A DNA stretch of 64,000 bases, taken from assembly GCA_964386485.1 (NCBI GenBank), contig CAYLTH010000004.1, positions 318-64,317 on the forward strand, read 5' to 3'. The notes beneath the pieces are model-generated. The model searched no databases. It was not told where the DNA came from and worked only from the letters and a program-made list of their open reading frames with translations. The translations under genes were made by a program, and so were the position numbers. Positions 26,605-36,306 of the stretch are shown one piece after another (the stretch's first letter is position 1; the number at the start of each line of letters is the position of its first letter). The DNA comes from an uncultured Bacteroidales bacterium. Lineage in GTDB: Bacteria; Bacteroidota; Bacteroidia; Bacteroidales; CAIXZF01.

Positions 26605-29600
26605 TTACTGTATTTTATGCTTATTTCCGAACATCATCATGATTCGTTGAACTTCCTCGAGTTTTACCGGTTTGCTGATGTATTCATCCATTCCTACTTC
26701 AAGACATTCTTCCCGGTCACCCTGCATGGCATTGGCAGTCATGGCAACTATTACAGGTCGTTTATCACCGTAGATCTCAATCACTTTGCGTGTGGCCTCA
26801 AACCCATCCATTTCCGGCATTTGAATATCCATAAAAATGATATCATAGGATTGACGCTTTAGTGCATCCAGCACTTCCAGACCATTCGCTGCAACATCAG
26901 GCTGATATCCCATCAGTTGAAAAACCTTCACGATAAGCTTCTGATTTATCATATTATCTTCAGCAATCAGAAGATTCATCGGCAAATCTTTAGCGATATT
27001 AATTAAAATATCTGTCGGTTTGGTTTTAAATGAAACTGGTTTTGTCCTGGCCAGAACCCCGGTTAATATATCAAAGAGCTGAGATTGCTTGATCGGTTTG
27101 GTTACATAATAATTAAAAAGTTCATCAATCTGAGCTGTATCCTCCCGGTATCCAAGCGATGTAAGCATAATCATCGGAAATATTTCCTTTGTCAGGTTGA
27201 TCCTGAGTATTCTGGCAAGCGTAACACCGTCCATTTCAGGCATTTGCATATCGATGATGCCAACATCAAATTTTTTGTTTTTAAGAACTTCAATGGCTTT
27301 AGGTCCACTTTCGACAGCCGTAGGAATTAATCCCCAGTTTTTGCAGTGAAGGCTTAGAATCTGTCGGTTGGCTTCATTATCATCAACAATAAGTACCGTT
27401 TTCCCGGGTAGAAAGGGATGTGATAGTTTTTGTTGCGATTCTTTTGAACCCACAACATTCTGATAGGAGGTCTGGAAAGTAAATTTAAATTCTGACCCTT
27501 TTCCATCCACACTTTCAACCCAGATTTTACCCCCCATCAGGGTAATCAATTTCGAACAAATGGCGAGTCCAAGTCCGGTTCCGCCAAAACGCCTTGAGGT
27601 AGAAGCATCTACCTGGGTGAAGGGTGTAAATAAGTTTTGAATCTTATCCGAAGGAATACCTATTCCTGTATCTTTTACAGCAAATTCGAGAATAACATTA
27701 TCTCCATCACGCTGAATTTCATTTACATAAATGATAATTTCACCGGATGAAGTAAATTTGATTGCATTTCCAACCAGATTGACCAATACCTGCCTTAAGC
27801 GGGTTATATCGCCAAGTATATGGCTTTCAATTTTCTGATCTACCCAGAAAAGCAGATCAAGTTTCTTCTCAAAAGCTTTCGTGGCAAGCAGGTCAAAGAC
27901 ATCTTCAATACAAAGGCGTATTGAGAAGGGGTGAATTTCGAGTTCCATTTTCCCTGATTCAATCTTGGAAAAATCGAGTATATCATTGATAATACTGAGT
28001 AGATTTTCTCCGGAAAGCCGGATTGTATCTGCATAATCACGTTGCTCAGAAGTCAGCGGTGTTTGAAGAAGCAGGCTTGTCATTCCAATGACCCCATTCA
28101 TCGGAGTTCTTATTTCATGACTCATAACGGCCAGGAAATCGGATTTGGCTTTATTGGCTACTTCTGCATCATTACGGGCTTTAACCAGTTCTAATTCAGC
28201 CAGTTTTCGTTTTGTAATATCTTCAAAACTTTCAACTCCTCCAACAATATTCCCCATGGAGTCTTTAATATAATCAACATTTTTCAAAATGAACAGGCGT
28301 TCACCTGATTTGGATTTTATCGTGCATTCCTTCCCGGTCACCGGTTTGGGAACATCGGAAGCAAATAAGCCACATCGTTCAACGCAGGGTGTTTCTGCAA
28401 AAACATAACAATCATTGCCAATCACTTCATCTGCAGTAAAACCTGTAATTTCTGCTGCTTTCCGGTTCCAGCTCGAAATCTTCTGATTCATATCCACTGT
28501 GAACAGAGCACTTGGAATAACCCGGGTAATCATTTCAGCTGTTTCTTTGGCTTCGATCAGGAGTTCCTCTGTTCTCTTTAACTCTGTAATATCGATCAGC
28601 ACAGTAAGTCCAACATATTCCTGATGATACATAATTCGCTGACCCCTGACAATCACAGATCTCCGGGAACCTGCTTTGGTTGAAAACTGCATTACATAAT
28701 CATCCAGTTGCTGACCCGACATCCGCAGGGCGATTTTTTGCTTTGCCAGATCACTTATATCTTTATCAAGGAAATCCACAATAAAGGCTCCGACCATTTC
28801 CTCCATCGAATAACCTGTAATATCGCACATGGCTTGATTTCCAAATAAGATGACCCCATTTTTGTGAATAAAAACAGCCTCCGGAAGCTGAGCGATCAGC
28901 TCTTTATATAGTGTTTCCGATTCAGAAGCATTTAATTCTGCAATATTGCGTTTTGCTACTTCTTGCTCCAGATCAAGTTTTTGCTTAAAGAACTTTGCTA
29001 CCAGATTGGATAATGTTCCGAATTCATCCTTTTTTTCTACAAAATTCTGCAGCAATGAAGGATCATTTTTCTCAAAGCTGGAAGCGATGGCTTTGATGGG
29101 GCGGGTGATCCATCTGAATAAAAACCAGGCAACAACGAGAACGAAGAAAATGGAATAAAATAAAAAAACATACAATTTCACACTCTGCATACCCTGAAAA
29201 TGATCCAAAACAGAATTAGAAAAGGAAAAAACAACCCGACAAGTTGATTGACCTTTATAGTCCGGTAGTGAAATCACAACATCATCTGTTCCCACGGAAT
29301 GACCATCCGGTTTCGAGGCATTTGGAATAGAATCGTTTGACAGAAAATTAATTTTCGAATCTGTAAGATTCTCCAATTCCTTCACATACCGTTTATCCCA
29401 AAGCCGGGCTGCTCCAAAATAACCTTTTGGTTCTGACTTACGCCCAGGGTCATTGGTGCTGTGAACAGATGCAATGCGCAACTCCAGAACGCCTGTTGGA
29501 GTATTAACATAGAAATTGTTGGTTCTGTTATTCTTTAACAGATTGATTAAAGCCGGAACCGGAATGAGAGGTTTGTTGGTTATACCAGAAGAATCAAGCG

Positions 29601-29952
29601 GATGATGATTAGAATAAACCAGATTAAACGAATCATTCAATACCCAAATAGCCGAAAAATTGTAACTTTCAAAAAGAAGTTCAAGGGCTTCCTTTTCAAA
29701 GACCTCATTCGGCTTCTCAATATATTCCACCATTTCATCCCAAATCGAATACTCATTGTTGACAACAATCTCGAGAGAGCGTGAGTTAAGATGGAGTAAT
29801 TTCTGAAAAGTTTCTTCCTTTTCTTTGTTAATATCCTGCGTAATCGCTTCTATTTGTTTGTCCTCGTACAGGCGTGACCCGTAAAAAAACATTAAAAAGA
29901 AAACAAGCATCAGGCTTAGAATCAGGATGATCTTTGTACTAACTGATTTCAT
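26605..29952 (-). CDS. Hybrid sensor histidine kinase: periplasmic sensor, HAMP-like, 2 PAS, HisKA, HATPase, 2 receiver domains
   Basis: 1115 aa. It has two TM segments flanking a region of about 230 aa. H-box: MSHEIRTPMNG. ATPase boxes: DTGIGI and GGTGLGLAI. Two REC domains are present (LIVDDNEANR...DMQMPEMDG and LIAEDNMINQ...DIQMPEMDG). There is no DNA-binding output. Confidence 0.9.
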   Translation of the reverse strand: MKSVSTKIILILSLMLVFFLMFFYGSRLYEDKQIEAITQDINKEKEETFQKLLHLNSRSLEIVVNNEYSIWDEMVEYIEKPNEVFEKEALELLFESYNFSAIWVLNDSFNLVYSNHHPLDSSGITNKPLIPVPALINLLKNNRTNNFYVNTPTGVLELRIASVHSTNDPGRKSEPKGYFGAARLWDKRYVKELENLTDSKINFLSNDSIPNASKPDGHSVGTDDVVISLPDYKGQSTCRVVFSFSNSVLDHFQGMQSVKLYVFLFYSIFFVLVVAWFLFRWITRPIKAIASSFEKNDPSLLQNFVEKKDEFGTLSNLVAKFFKQKLDLEQEVAKRNIAELNASESETLYKELIAQLPEAVFIHKNGVILFGNQAMCDITGYSMEEMVGAFIVDFLDKDISDLAKQKIALRMSGQQLDDYVMQFSTKAGSRRSVIVRGQRIMYHQEYVGLTVLIDITELKRTEELLIEAKETAEMITRVIPSALFTVDMNQKISSWNRKAAEITGFTADEVIGNDCYVFAETPCVERCGLFASDVPKPVTGKECTIKSKSGERLFILKNVDYIKDSMGNIVGGVESFEDITKRKLAELELVKARNDAEVANKAKSDFLAVMSHEIRTPMNGVIGMTSLLLQTPLTSEQRDYADTIRLSGENLLSIINDILDFSKIESGKMELEIHPFSIRLCIEDVFDLLATKAFEKKLDLLFWVDQKIESHILGDITRLRQVLVNLVGNAIKFTSSGEIIIYVNEIQRDGDNVILEFAVKDTGIGIPSDKIQNLFTPFTQVDASTSRRFGGTGLGLAICSKLITLMGGKIWVESVDGKGSEFKFTFQTSYQNVVGSKESQQKLSHPFLPGKTVLIVDDNEANRQILSLHCKNWGLIPTAVESGPKAIEVLKNKKFDVGIIDMQMPEMDGVTLARILRINLTKEIFPMIMLTSLGYREDTAQIDELFNYYVTKPIKQSQLFDILTGVLARTKPVSFKTKPTDILINIAKDLPMNLLIAEDNMINQKLIVKVFQLMGYQPDVAANGLEVLDALKRQSYDIIFMDIQMPEMDGFEATRKVIEIYGDKRPVIVAMTANAMQGDREECLEVGMDEYISKPVKLEEVQRIMMMFGNKHKIQ

Positions 29953-29984
29953 GATTACCCATTAACCGGATTAATAATTGTATT

Positions 29985-29992
29985 CAAAATTA
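29985..29992 (-). promoter_or_regulatory. -7 box TAATTTTG (hybrid kinase gene)
   Basis: The plus strand reads CAAAATTA. It lies 33 nt upstream of the kinase ATG. Confidence 0.5.
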
Positions 29993-30030
29993 CACAAATT
30001 AGCGGCTAAAAACAGCGTTTGCTGAATAAT

Positions 30031-31053
30031 TCAAATAATATTGACTTCTGTTTCTATTCTTATCTTAAATTTTTGGAATACAGATTCAATGATTTGTTCT
30101 GCTAATTGAAATATCATTAATCCGCTTGATTGTCCATAATTTACGAGAACCAGCGCCTGATTGACATGAACGCCGGCATCTTTTTCACGATATCCTTTCC
30201 AGCCACATTGATCAATCATCCAGGCCGCCGCCAGTTTAAATTTATCATCTTTCTGAGGAAAGGCAATGATCTGAGGATATTTTACCAGTAAATTTCTGAA
30301 AACATCTCCCCCGACTACAGGATTTTTAAAAAAGCTACCGGCATTTCCAATCAATTCAGGATCAGGCAATTTGCTGCGTCTGATTGAACAAACTGCTTCC
30401 CTAATATCTGAAACAGTGATGGATTCATCGGGTATTCCTGCTTTTTGAATTTCAGCTTTGATGGCACCATAATCCAGCTTTGGAACCGGATGTATATCCA
30501 GACGAAAGGTGACTTCAAGAATAATATATTGTCCTTTCCCTTCCTGTTTAAAAAAGCTGTCACGGTATCCAAAGCGGCATGTTTTGGCATCAAAGGTCCG
30601 GATCGATCCATCACTGATATTTAAGGCCCTGAGAGAATGGAATACATCACACAGTTCAACACCATAGGCACCAATATTTTGAATGGGTGAAGCACCTACA
30701 GTTCCGGGAATCAGGGATAGATTTTCCAAACCTCCATATCCCAGATTCACTGTATATTGAACAAACTCATCCCAAATTTCTCCAGCCATCGCAGCTACCA
30801 GGATATGTCCGTTTTCCTGCTGACAAACCCGTATTCCCCTGGCAGATATTTTCAGAATGAGACCTTTATAATCGGATGTAAAAAGCATATTACTGCCTCC
30901 ACCGAGGATTGTATATTCCGGGAATTTCTGCAGGTCTGTTTTCACAAAATCTACAATGGCCTGTTCTGAATCCAACTCTATAAAATGACTGCAGCTGACA
31001 TCAATCCCGAAAGTATTGTACTTTAAAAGTGAAAAATTTTGTTGAATGTGCAT
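30031..31053 (-). CDS. murB: UDP-N-acetylenolpyruvoylglucosamine reductase
   Basis: 340 aa. It has an FAD-binding PCMH domain (NTFGID...ILGGGSNMLF) and a MurB C-terminal domain (GYRDS, GSFFKNP). Confidence 0.92.
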   Translation of the reverse strand: MHIQQNFSLLKYNTFGIDVSCSHFIELDSEQAIVDFVKTDLQKFPEYTILGGGSNMLFTSDYKGLILKISARGIRVCQQENGHILVAAMAGEIWDEFVQYTVNLGYGGLENLSLIPGTVGASPIQNIGAYGVELCDVFHSLRALNISDGSIRTFDAKTCRFGYRDSFFKQEGKGQYIILEVTFRLDIHPVPKLDYGAIKAEIQKAGIPDESITVSDIREAVCSIRRSKLPDPELIGNAGSFFKNPVVGGDVFRNLLVKYPQIIAFPQKDDKFKLAAAWMIDQCGWKGYREKDAGVHVNQALVLVNYGQSSGLMIFQLAEQIIESVFQKFKIRIETEVNII

Positions 31054-31092
31054 CTTTACAGTCGCTGTTAACCAAATAAATAATTTATTTCT

Positions 31093-31100
31093 TATTTTTG
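31093..31100 (+). promoter_or_regulatory. -7 box TATTTTTG (T9SS-substrate gene)
   Basis: Matches TAnnTTTG. It lies 43 nt upstream of the ATG at 31143. Confidence 0.5.
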
Positions 31101-31142
31101 TAAATGCAAAAATGAATGTTTAACCATTAAAAACAAAAGAAG

Positions 31143-32492
31143 ATGAAGAAAATCTTTACATTAATTATCGTTTTAACCGCTGTGGCTTTTACACTGAAAG
31201 CACAATGGATGCCACAAGTTACCGGTTTTTCACAACCCTCCGTGGGAATTAACTATATCAGTGCTGTAGACCAGAATGTACTTTGGGCTACCGGATATGA
31301 CGGAAGCGGCGGCGGTGCCAATCTGCAGGTGTATACCCGCACTAACAATGGTGGAGATACCTGGACTGCAGGTGAAATCCCCGGTTATTCTGCTTATGGT
31401 GTTGCCATGATCAGTGCAGTTGACTACAATACAGCCTGGGTTCCATTGTATACAGAAAATGCTCAGGGTGGTGTTTTAGTAAAAACTACAGATGGTGGCG
31501 CAACCTGGACTGTACAACCAGGTGCAGCGTTTTCTGCCCCGGATGGTTTCCCGAATGTTGTGCATTTCTGGAATGCCAATGATGGTTTCTGCATGGGTGA
31601 CCCAAATGGCGGATATTTTGAAATTTATACTACTGTCAATGGTGGGACAACCTGGGAAAGAACACCACAGGCAAATATTCCTGCTCAACTCAGCGGAGAA
31701 TGGGGCGTAGTTGGTTATTATTCTGTAGCAGGTGACAATGTTTGGTTTGGTACCAACAAAGGACGTGTTTACAAATCAACCGACAAAGGCCTGACATGGG
31801 CTGTTTATGCTACCGGTTTTGCTGCTACTGTTTTTACAGATGTTCGTTTCCTGGATGCCAACCATGGTATAGCTCTTGACCGTGGTCAGACCACAACCGG
31901 TGCCAAACGCGAAACCTTTGATGGTGGTGCTACCTGGGCACTTATTAACCAGACTGGTACTGTTTTCAAAGAAGGATTTTCATGGGTTCCGGGATTGGCC
32001 AACACTTGTGTTGCTACGGGTTCTGATCAGGCCTTACCAGGCGTTGCTTATAGTATTGACGGAGCACATACCTGGACTGAATTCAATGGTACTGCCGGTA
32101 CTCAATTTTTATTTACCAAATGGGTTGATAACAGCCATGGCTGGGCCGGTGATTTTACCGATGCCGTTACACCTTCAACACTTGGTGGTATGTATAAATA
32201 TAATGGTATCCTGACCGACATTTTAAACGTTGACCCAAAACAGGGTGATGTAAAAATCTATCCGAACCCTTCAAATGGCGAATTTACATTTGCCATCATT
32301 GGCTTCGAAGGTAAAGATGTTGAACTCAGCATTTACAATGCCGTAGGACAGAAAGTTTACAACAAACTGAGTAACGAGAGCCTGGTTTCTTACAATCAGG
32401 TTGTTGATCTTACCCAACTCGGAGCTGGCATCTATGTTGCTGAAGTTCAGTGTGGTAAAAAATTAATTCAGCAGAAACTTATTGTTGAATAG
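31143..32492 (+). CDS. Secreted BNR/Asp-box beta-propeller protein (Ycf48/sortilin-like) with T9SS C-terminal sorting domain
   Basis: 449 aa with a signal peptide. It has six Asp-box-like motifs (NNGGDTW, TTDGGATW, TVNGGTTW, STDKGLTW, TFDGGATW, SIDGAHTW). The C-terminus (VKIYPNPSNGEFTF...GIYVAEV...KLIVE) is typical of a T9SS CTD. Confidence 0.85.
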   Translation: MKKIFTLIIVLTAVAFTLKAQWMPQVTGFSQPSVGINYISAVDQNVLWATGYDGSGGGANLQVYTRTNNGGDTWTAGEIPGYSAYGVAMISAVDYNTAWVPLYTENAQGGVLVKTTDGGATWTVQPGAAFSAPDGFPNVVHFWNANDGFCMGDPNGGYFEIYTTVNGGTTWERTPQANIPAQLSGEWGVVGYYSVAGDNVWFGTNKGRVYKSTDKGLTWAVYATGFAATVFTDVRFLDANHGIALDRGQTTTGAKRETFDGGATWALINQTGTVFKEGFSWVPGLANTCVATGSDQALPGVAYSIDGAHTWTEFNGTAGTQFLFTKWVDNSHGWAGDFTDAVTPSTLGGMYKYNGILTDILNVDPKQGDVKIYPNPSNGEFTFAIIGFEGKDVELSIYNAVGQKVYNKLSNESLVSYNQVVDLTQLGAGIYVAEVQCGKKLIQQKLIVE

Positions 32493-32519
32493 GCTCTGCA
32501 CCAAGTATTTATAAGGAAG

Positions 32520-32557
32520 CGCAGAGAACCATCAGGCTCTCTGCGTTTCTTTTTTTT
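32520..32557 (+). terminator. Rho-independent terminator
   Basis: CGCAGAGA at 32520-32527 pairs with TCTCTGCG at 32538-32545. It is followed by TTTCTTTTTTTT. Confidence 0.85.
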
Positions 32558-32590
32558 GTTTTCAATTCATTATTCCATTTCTCCACTTTT

Positions 32591-33703
32591 ATGAATAATC
32601 CATTCCGTATCCTGTTGACACTGCTTCTTTTAACAACATTTCAGGTGTTACAGGCACAAGAGACCAAAAAAGAATCTGAGCTGAGTCCTGAAGAAATCCG
32701 GTACCGGGATTCTATTGCCGGAATCAATGAACAGGCCCGCATTCTGCAGGCTTCCCAGGAAGCTTATAATTCAGGAATAAGTCAATTCGAAAACAAAGAA
32801 TATCAGTCAGCTATCAGTTCATTCGACAAAGCCATCGCTCTGAATCCAGTTTTTGCCAAGGCCTATTATAACCGTGGAATGGCTCATTTTCAGACAGGTG
32901 GATATCAAAAGGCAATTACTGATTATACCAAATCTCTGGACCTTGAACCCGAAAACACAGCTGCTCTATACAAACGGGCAGATGCCTTTACACAATTGAA
33001 TGATTTGGATAAGGCACTAACAGATTATCAAAAACTTATACAAAAAGAAGCAAATTCATATAAACCTTATTATCATGCAGGAGAAGTCTTGTTTCTGATG
33101 GGGAAATATGATGAAGCATTGCAATCTTTTTCAAAATCCATCAGTCTGAAGGCAGACCATGCAAGATCATATAATGACAGAGCAAGCTGCTACCGCAAGC
33201 TGGACAAGCTCAGTGATGCACTGAATGATCTCAATAAAGCGATTCAATTAAACTCCAAAGAGGCCCTGTTCCACAATAATCTTGGCAGTCTCAAGTATTT
33301 TATGAAGGATGAAGCCGGAGCAATTACAGCCTATACAAACGCCATTACAGCCGATGGCACCTATTATCTGGCCTTTAACAACAGAGGTGTTGTATATCTG
33401 GATAAAGGTCAGACTGACAAAGCATTAGCAGATTTCAGCACTTGCATCACCCTCAATCCGGAATATGCACCTGCGTACAATAATAAGGGCATTATTGCCC
33501 ATCAGAAAGAAGATTATTCTTCTGCGCTGAAAGAATTTGACAAAGCAATCAAGCTGGATCCGGAATATGGTATGGCCTACCTGAACCGGGGTATTACCAA
33601 AGAAATGCTGAAAGACGGCGACGGAGCCTGCAGCGACTGGCACAAAGCCGAAGAAGCCGGAATAAAGCTGGCTTCAAAATATTATATGATTGATTGTCAA
33701 TAA
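32591..33703 (+). CDS. Tetratricopeptide-repeat protein (secreted)
   Basis: 370 aa with a signal peptide. It has about eight tandem TPR units (recurrent AxxxYxxAIxLxPxxAxAYxNRG pattern). Confidence 0.85.
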   Translation: MNNPFRILLTLLLLTTFQVLQAQETKKESELSPEEIRYRDSIAGINEQARILQASQEAYNSGISQFENKEYQSAISSFDKAIALNPVFAKAYYNRGMAHFQTGGYQKAITDYTKSLDLEPENTAALYKRADAFTQLNDLDKALTDYQKLIQKEANSYKPYYHAGEVLFLMGKYDEALQSFSKSISLKADHARSYNDRASCYRKLDKLSDALNDLNKAIQLNSKEALFHNNLGSLKYFMKDEAGAITAYTNAITADGTYYLAFNNRGVVYLDKGQTDKALADFSTCITLNPEYAPAYNNKGIIAHQKEDYSSALKEFDKAIKLDPEYGMAYLNRGITKEMLKDGDGACSDWHKAEEAGIKLASKYYMIDCQ

Positions 33704-33706
33704 TTA

Positions 33707-35785
33707 ATGATGGATTACATTATGAAAAATATTATTACAGCCTTGCTAATTATACTGTTTATTCCGTTTGTAAACAGTCAGAATATTGATTTTAAAGCAT
33801 CCAATTTTAAGGATGATAAAGAAGGTTTTAAAGCAGCTGAAAGCAATCTTGATGCTGGCAATGAACTTTTTAAAAAGGCGCTGAAACTGCAGGAAGAGGC
33901 GGGAGACCCGACTGCCCTACTCACTGAAGCGCTGATTCCGCTGCAAAAAGCCAATGAATTCAACCCAAACAATGCCGAATTAAATTATCGTATCGGCAAA
34001 TCTCTGTTTCTAACCAATCAGAAAGCTGAATCCATCCCTTTTCTCACAAAAGCCATCAAACTTGACGAAAAAAATGCAGAACCGGATACATATTATTATT
34101 TGGGTATTGCCTTAAAACTTGATGCAAAATTCACTGAAGCCAGAGAACTGATACAGAAATATAAAAGCCTTGAAAAGTCAAAAATTATTGAAGCCAGAAA
34201 TGAAGAAATAAACCGGGAACTGAACCAATGCACAATTGCAGCAGATATGATCAGCAAACCTCTGGCAAGAACCTGGGTTGAAAATGTTAAGGAATGGAAC
34301 AGTGAATCAAATGAATATGGAGCAACCATCACCGCCGATGAAAGCACTGTTTTATTTAATTCTAAAAAACAATCTGCCGCAACTGTTATGTCATCTGTCA
34401 GAGAAAAAGGGAAATGGAGTCCTGTGAAACCCTTTGGAGAACCCTTTAAAGAACCAGGTCAATTTGAAGTGGCCTCCTTTAGTTTTGACGGTCAAACCCT
34501 GATTATGTATAAACCCGGGCTTAATGGTGATATTTATTTATCTGATCTTGAAGGAGATAAATGGGGTATCCCTCAAAAACTCCCGGAAAAGATTAACACA
34601 ACAGCGAACGAAACACAGGCTTGTCTTTCAGGTGACAGAATCCGTCTGTATTACATTACGACACAGGAATATGGTAACAAGGGAGGCAGTGATATATATT
34701 TTAGTGGAGTTATGAATGCACGAACCAATACCTGGGGACAAGGCATGACCATCGGCTCAGAAATCAATACAACCCTTAACGATGGGTATATTTTTCTGCA
34801 TGCTGATGATAAAACCATGTATTTTGCCTCACAAGGGCATAATTCGATGGGCGGCTACGATATCTTCCGGTCGGAACGATTAGCCGGTCGCTGGTCTGCC
34901 CCGGAAAACCTTGGATATCCGATAAATACACCCTTTGATGAAACATCTTTTGTGATGTCGGCAAGTGGTAAGCGTGCCTATGTAACATCTAACCGAAAAG
35001 GTGGAAAAGGGGGACTGGATATATACCGTGTAACATATCTGGGTCCGGTAAAAAAGCCCCTGCCAGATATCCGGGACCAGCTTATGGCGGATATTGCTTC
35101 ACCCCAGCGGGATACTAAACTCGAAAGCGCAGTAAAAGTAGAATCAAAAAATTTAACCATACTAAAGGGCAGGATTTTAGATGATTTTAGTGGAAACCCG
35201 GTGAAAGCTGATATCGAAATATTTGATAACCAGAAGAATGAATTGATAATGACTGTGAAGTCTAACAGCAGCACCGGTAAATTTCTTTTGTCATTACCGG
35301 CCGGTAAAAACTATGGAATTGCCGTAAAAGCCACAGATTATCTTTTCCATTCTGAGAATTTTGATCTGCCATTAACCAGTGAATATCAACTGGTTGAAAA
35401 AGATATTCGCCTAAAAGGTGCCTGTATTGGCTGTAAAATAATTCTTCGGAATATCTTTTTTGATACCGGAAAATTCACCCTTCGCCCGGAATCCTCCTCG
35501 GAGTTGAATCGTTTGGGTGAATTAATCAATGATATCGCCCGTGTAAAACCGGGAATAAAAATTGAGATCTCGGGTCATACAGATAATGTTGGTTCAGAAT
35601 CTTCAAACCAGCAGTTAAGCGAAAACCGGGCAAAGGCCGTTGTAAAGTATCTTGTTGATCATGGAATCGCGCAATCCAAACTCGTATCGAAAGGCTATGG
35701 CTCGAAAGAACCGGTCAGCAACAATGCAAGTGCAGAGGGTCGTCAGGAAAACCGGCGTACGGAATTTAAAATTCTGGAAGACTAA
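33707..35785 (+). CDS. OmpA-family protein with TPR, TolB-like WD40 repeats and carboxypeptidase-regulatory-like domain
   Basis: 692 aa. It has N-terminal TPRs and repeated GGxDIY(F/R) beta-propeller-blade motifs. The C-terminal OmpA domain reads ISGHTDNVGSESSNQQLSENRAKAV...NRRTEFKIL. The true start may be the ATG at 33722 (MKNIITALL). Confidence 0.85.
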   Translation: MMDYIMKNIITALLIILFIPFVNSQNIDFKASNFKDDKEGFKAAESNLDAGNELFKKALKLQEEAGDPTALLTEALIPLQKANEFNPNNAELNYRIGKSLFLTNQKAESIPFLTKAIKLDEKNAEPDTYYYLGIALKLDAKFTEARELIQKYKSLEKSKIIEARNEEINRELNQCTIAADMISKPLARTWVENVKEWNSESNEYGATITADESTVLFNSKKQSAATVMSSVREKGKWSPVKPFGEPFKEPGQFEVASFSFDGQTLIMYKPGLNGDIYLSDLEGDKWGIPQKLPEKINTTANETQACLSGDRIRLYYITTQEYGNKGGSDIYFSGVMNARTNTWGQGMTIGSEINTTLNDGYIFLHADDKTMYFASQGHNSMGGYDIFRSERLAGRWSAPENLGYPINTPFDETSFVMSASGKRAYVTSNRKGGKGGLDIYRVTYLGPVKKPLPDIRDQLMADIASPQRDTKLESAVKVESKNLTILKGRILDDFSGNPVKADIEIFDNQKNELIMTVKSNSSTGKFLLSLPAGKNYGIAVKATDYLFHSENFDLPLTSEYQLVEKDIRLKGACIGCKIILRNIFFDTGKFTLRPESSSELNRLGELINDIARVKPGIKIEISGHTDNVGSESSNQQLSENRAKAVVKYLVDHGIAQSKLVSKGYGSKEPVSNNASAEGRQENRRTEFKILED

Positions 35786-35796
35786 GCTTTTACAAG

Positions 35797-36306
35797 ATGA
35801 ATATTTATCTCATCGGATTTATGGGTAGCGGGAAGTCAGTGATTGGCAGGAAACTGGCTCATGAACTTGGTTTAACGTTTCTGGATCTGGATGAAGAATT
35901 TGAAGGAAAATTCCGTATTACAATCAGCAGTTTCTTTCAAAAATATAGTGAAGACGAATTCCGTATTCTCGAACGAAAGATTCTTCTGGAAACAAAAAAA
36001 CTTGATCGTTATGTAATTTCAACAGGCGGCGGGACTCCCTGCTTTCATGACAACATGGCTTTTATAAAGGAAAATGGAATCTCTATCTATCTGAAAGTAA
36101 GCACCCCTACCCTGATTCACAGATTGGTTAGCAGCAGGAAACCAAGGCCAGTTCTTAAAAGCAGAACACCGGAAGAAATGGAATTACGGATTGGTGAGCT
36201 TCTTGAAAAACGTGAACCCTATTACCTTCAGGCTAACTACACAGTTGATGAAGAGCATATTGATATTGCCCTTCTCAAAAAAATATTATTAATTCAGCCT
36301 GATTAA
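35797..36306 (+). CDS. aroK: Shikimate kinase
   Basis: 169 aa. It has a Walker A motif (GFMGSGKSVIG), then DLD, then the STGGG motif. Confidence 0.9.
   Translation: MNIYLIGFMGSGKSVIGRKLAHELGLTFLDLDEEFEGKFRITISSFFQKYSEDEFRILERKILLETKKLDRYVISTGGGTPCFHDNMAFIKENGISIYLKVSTPTLIHRLVSSRKPRPVLKSRTPEEMELRIGELLEKREPYYLQANYTVDEEHIDIALLKKILLIQPD

Noticed and set aside
29953-30030. Terminator after murB (CAGC-AAAC-GCTG plus T5 on the minus strand)
   Set aside because: The stem is only 4 bp, too weak to call with confidence.
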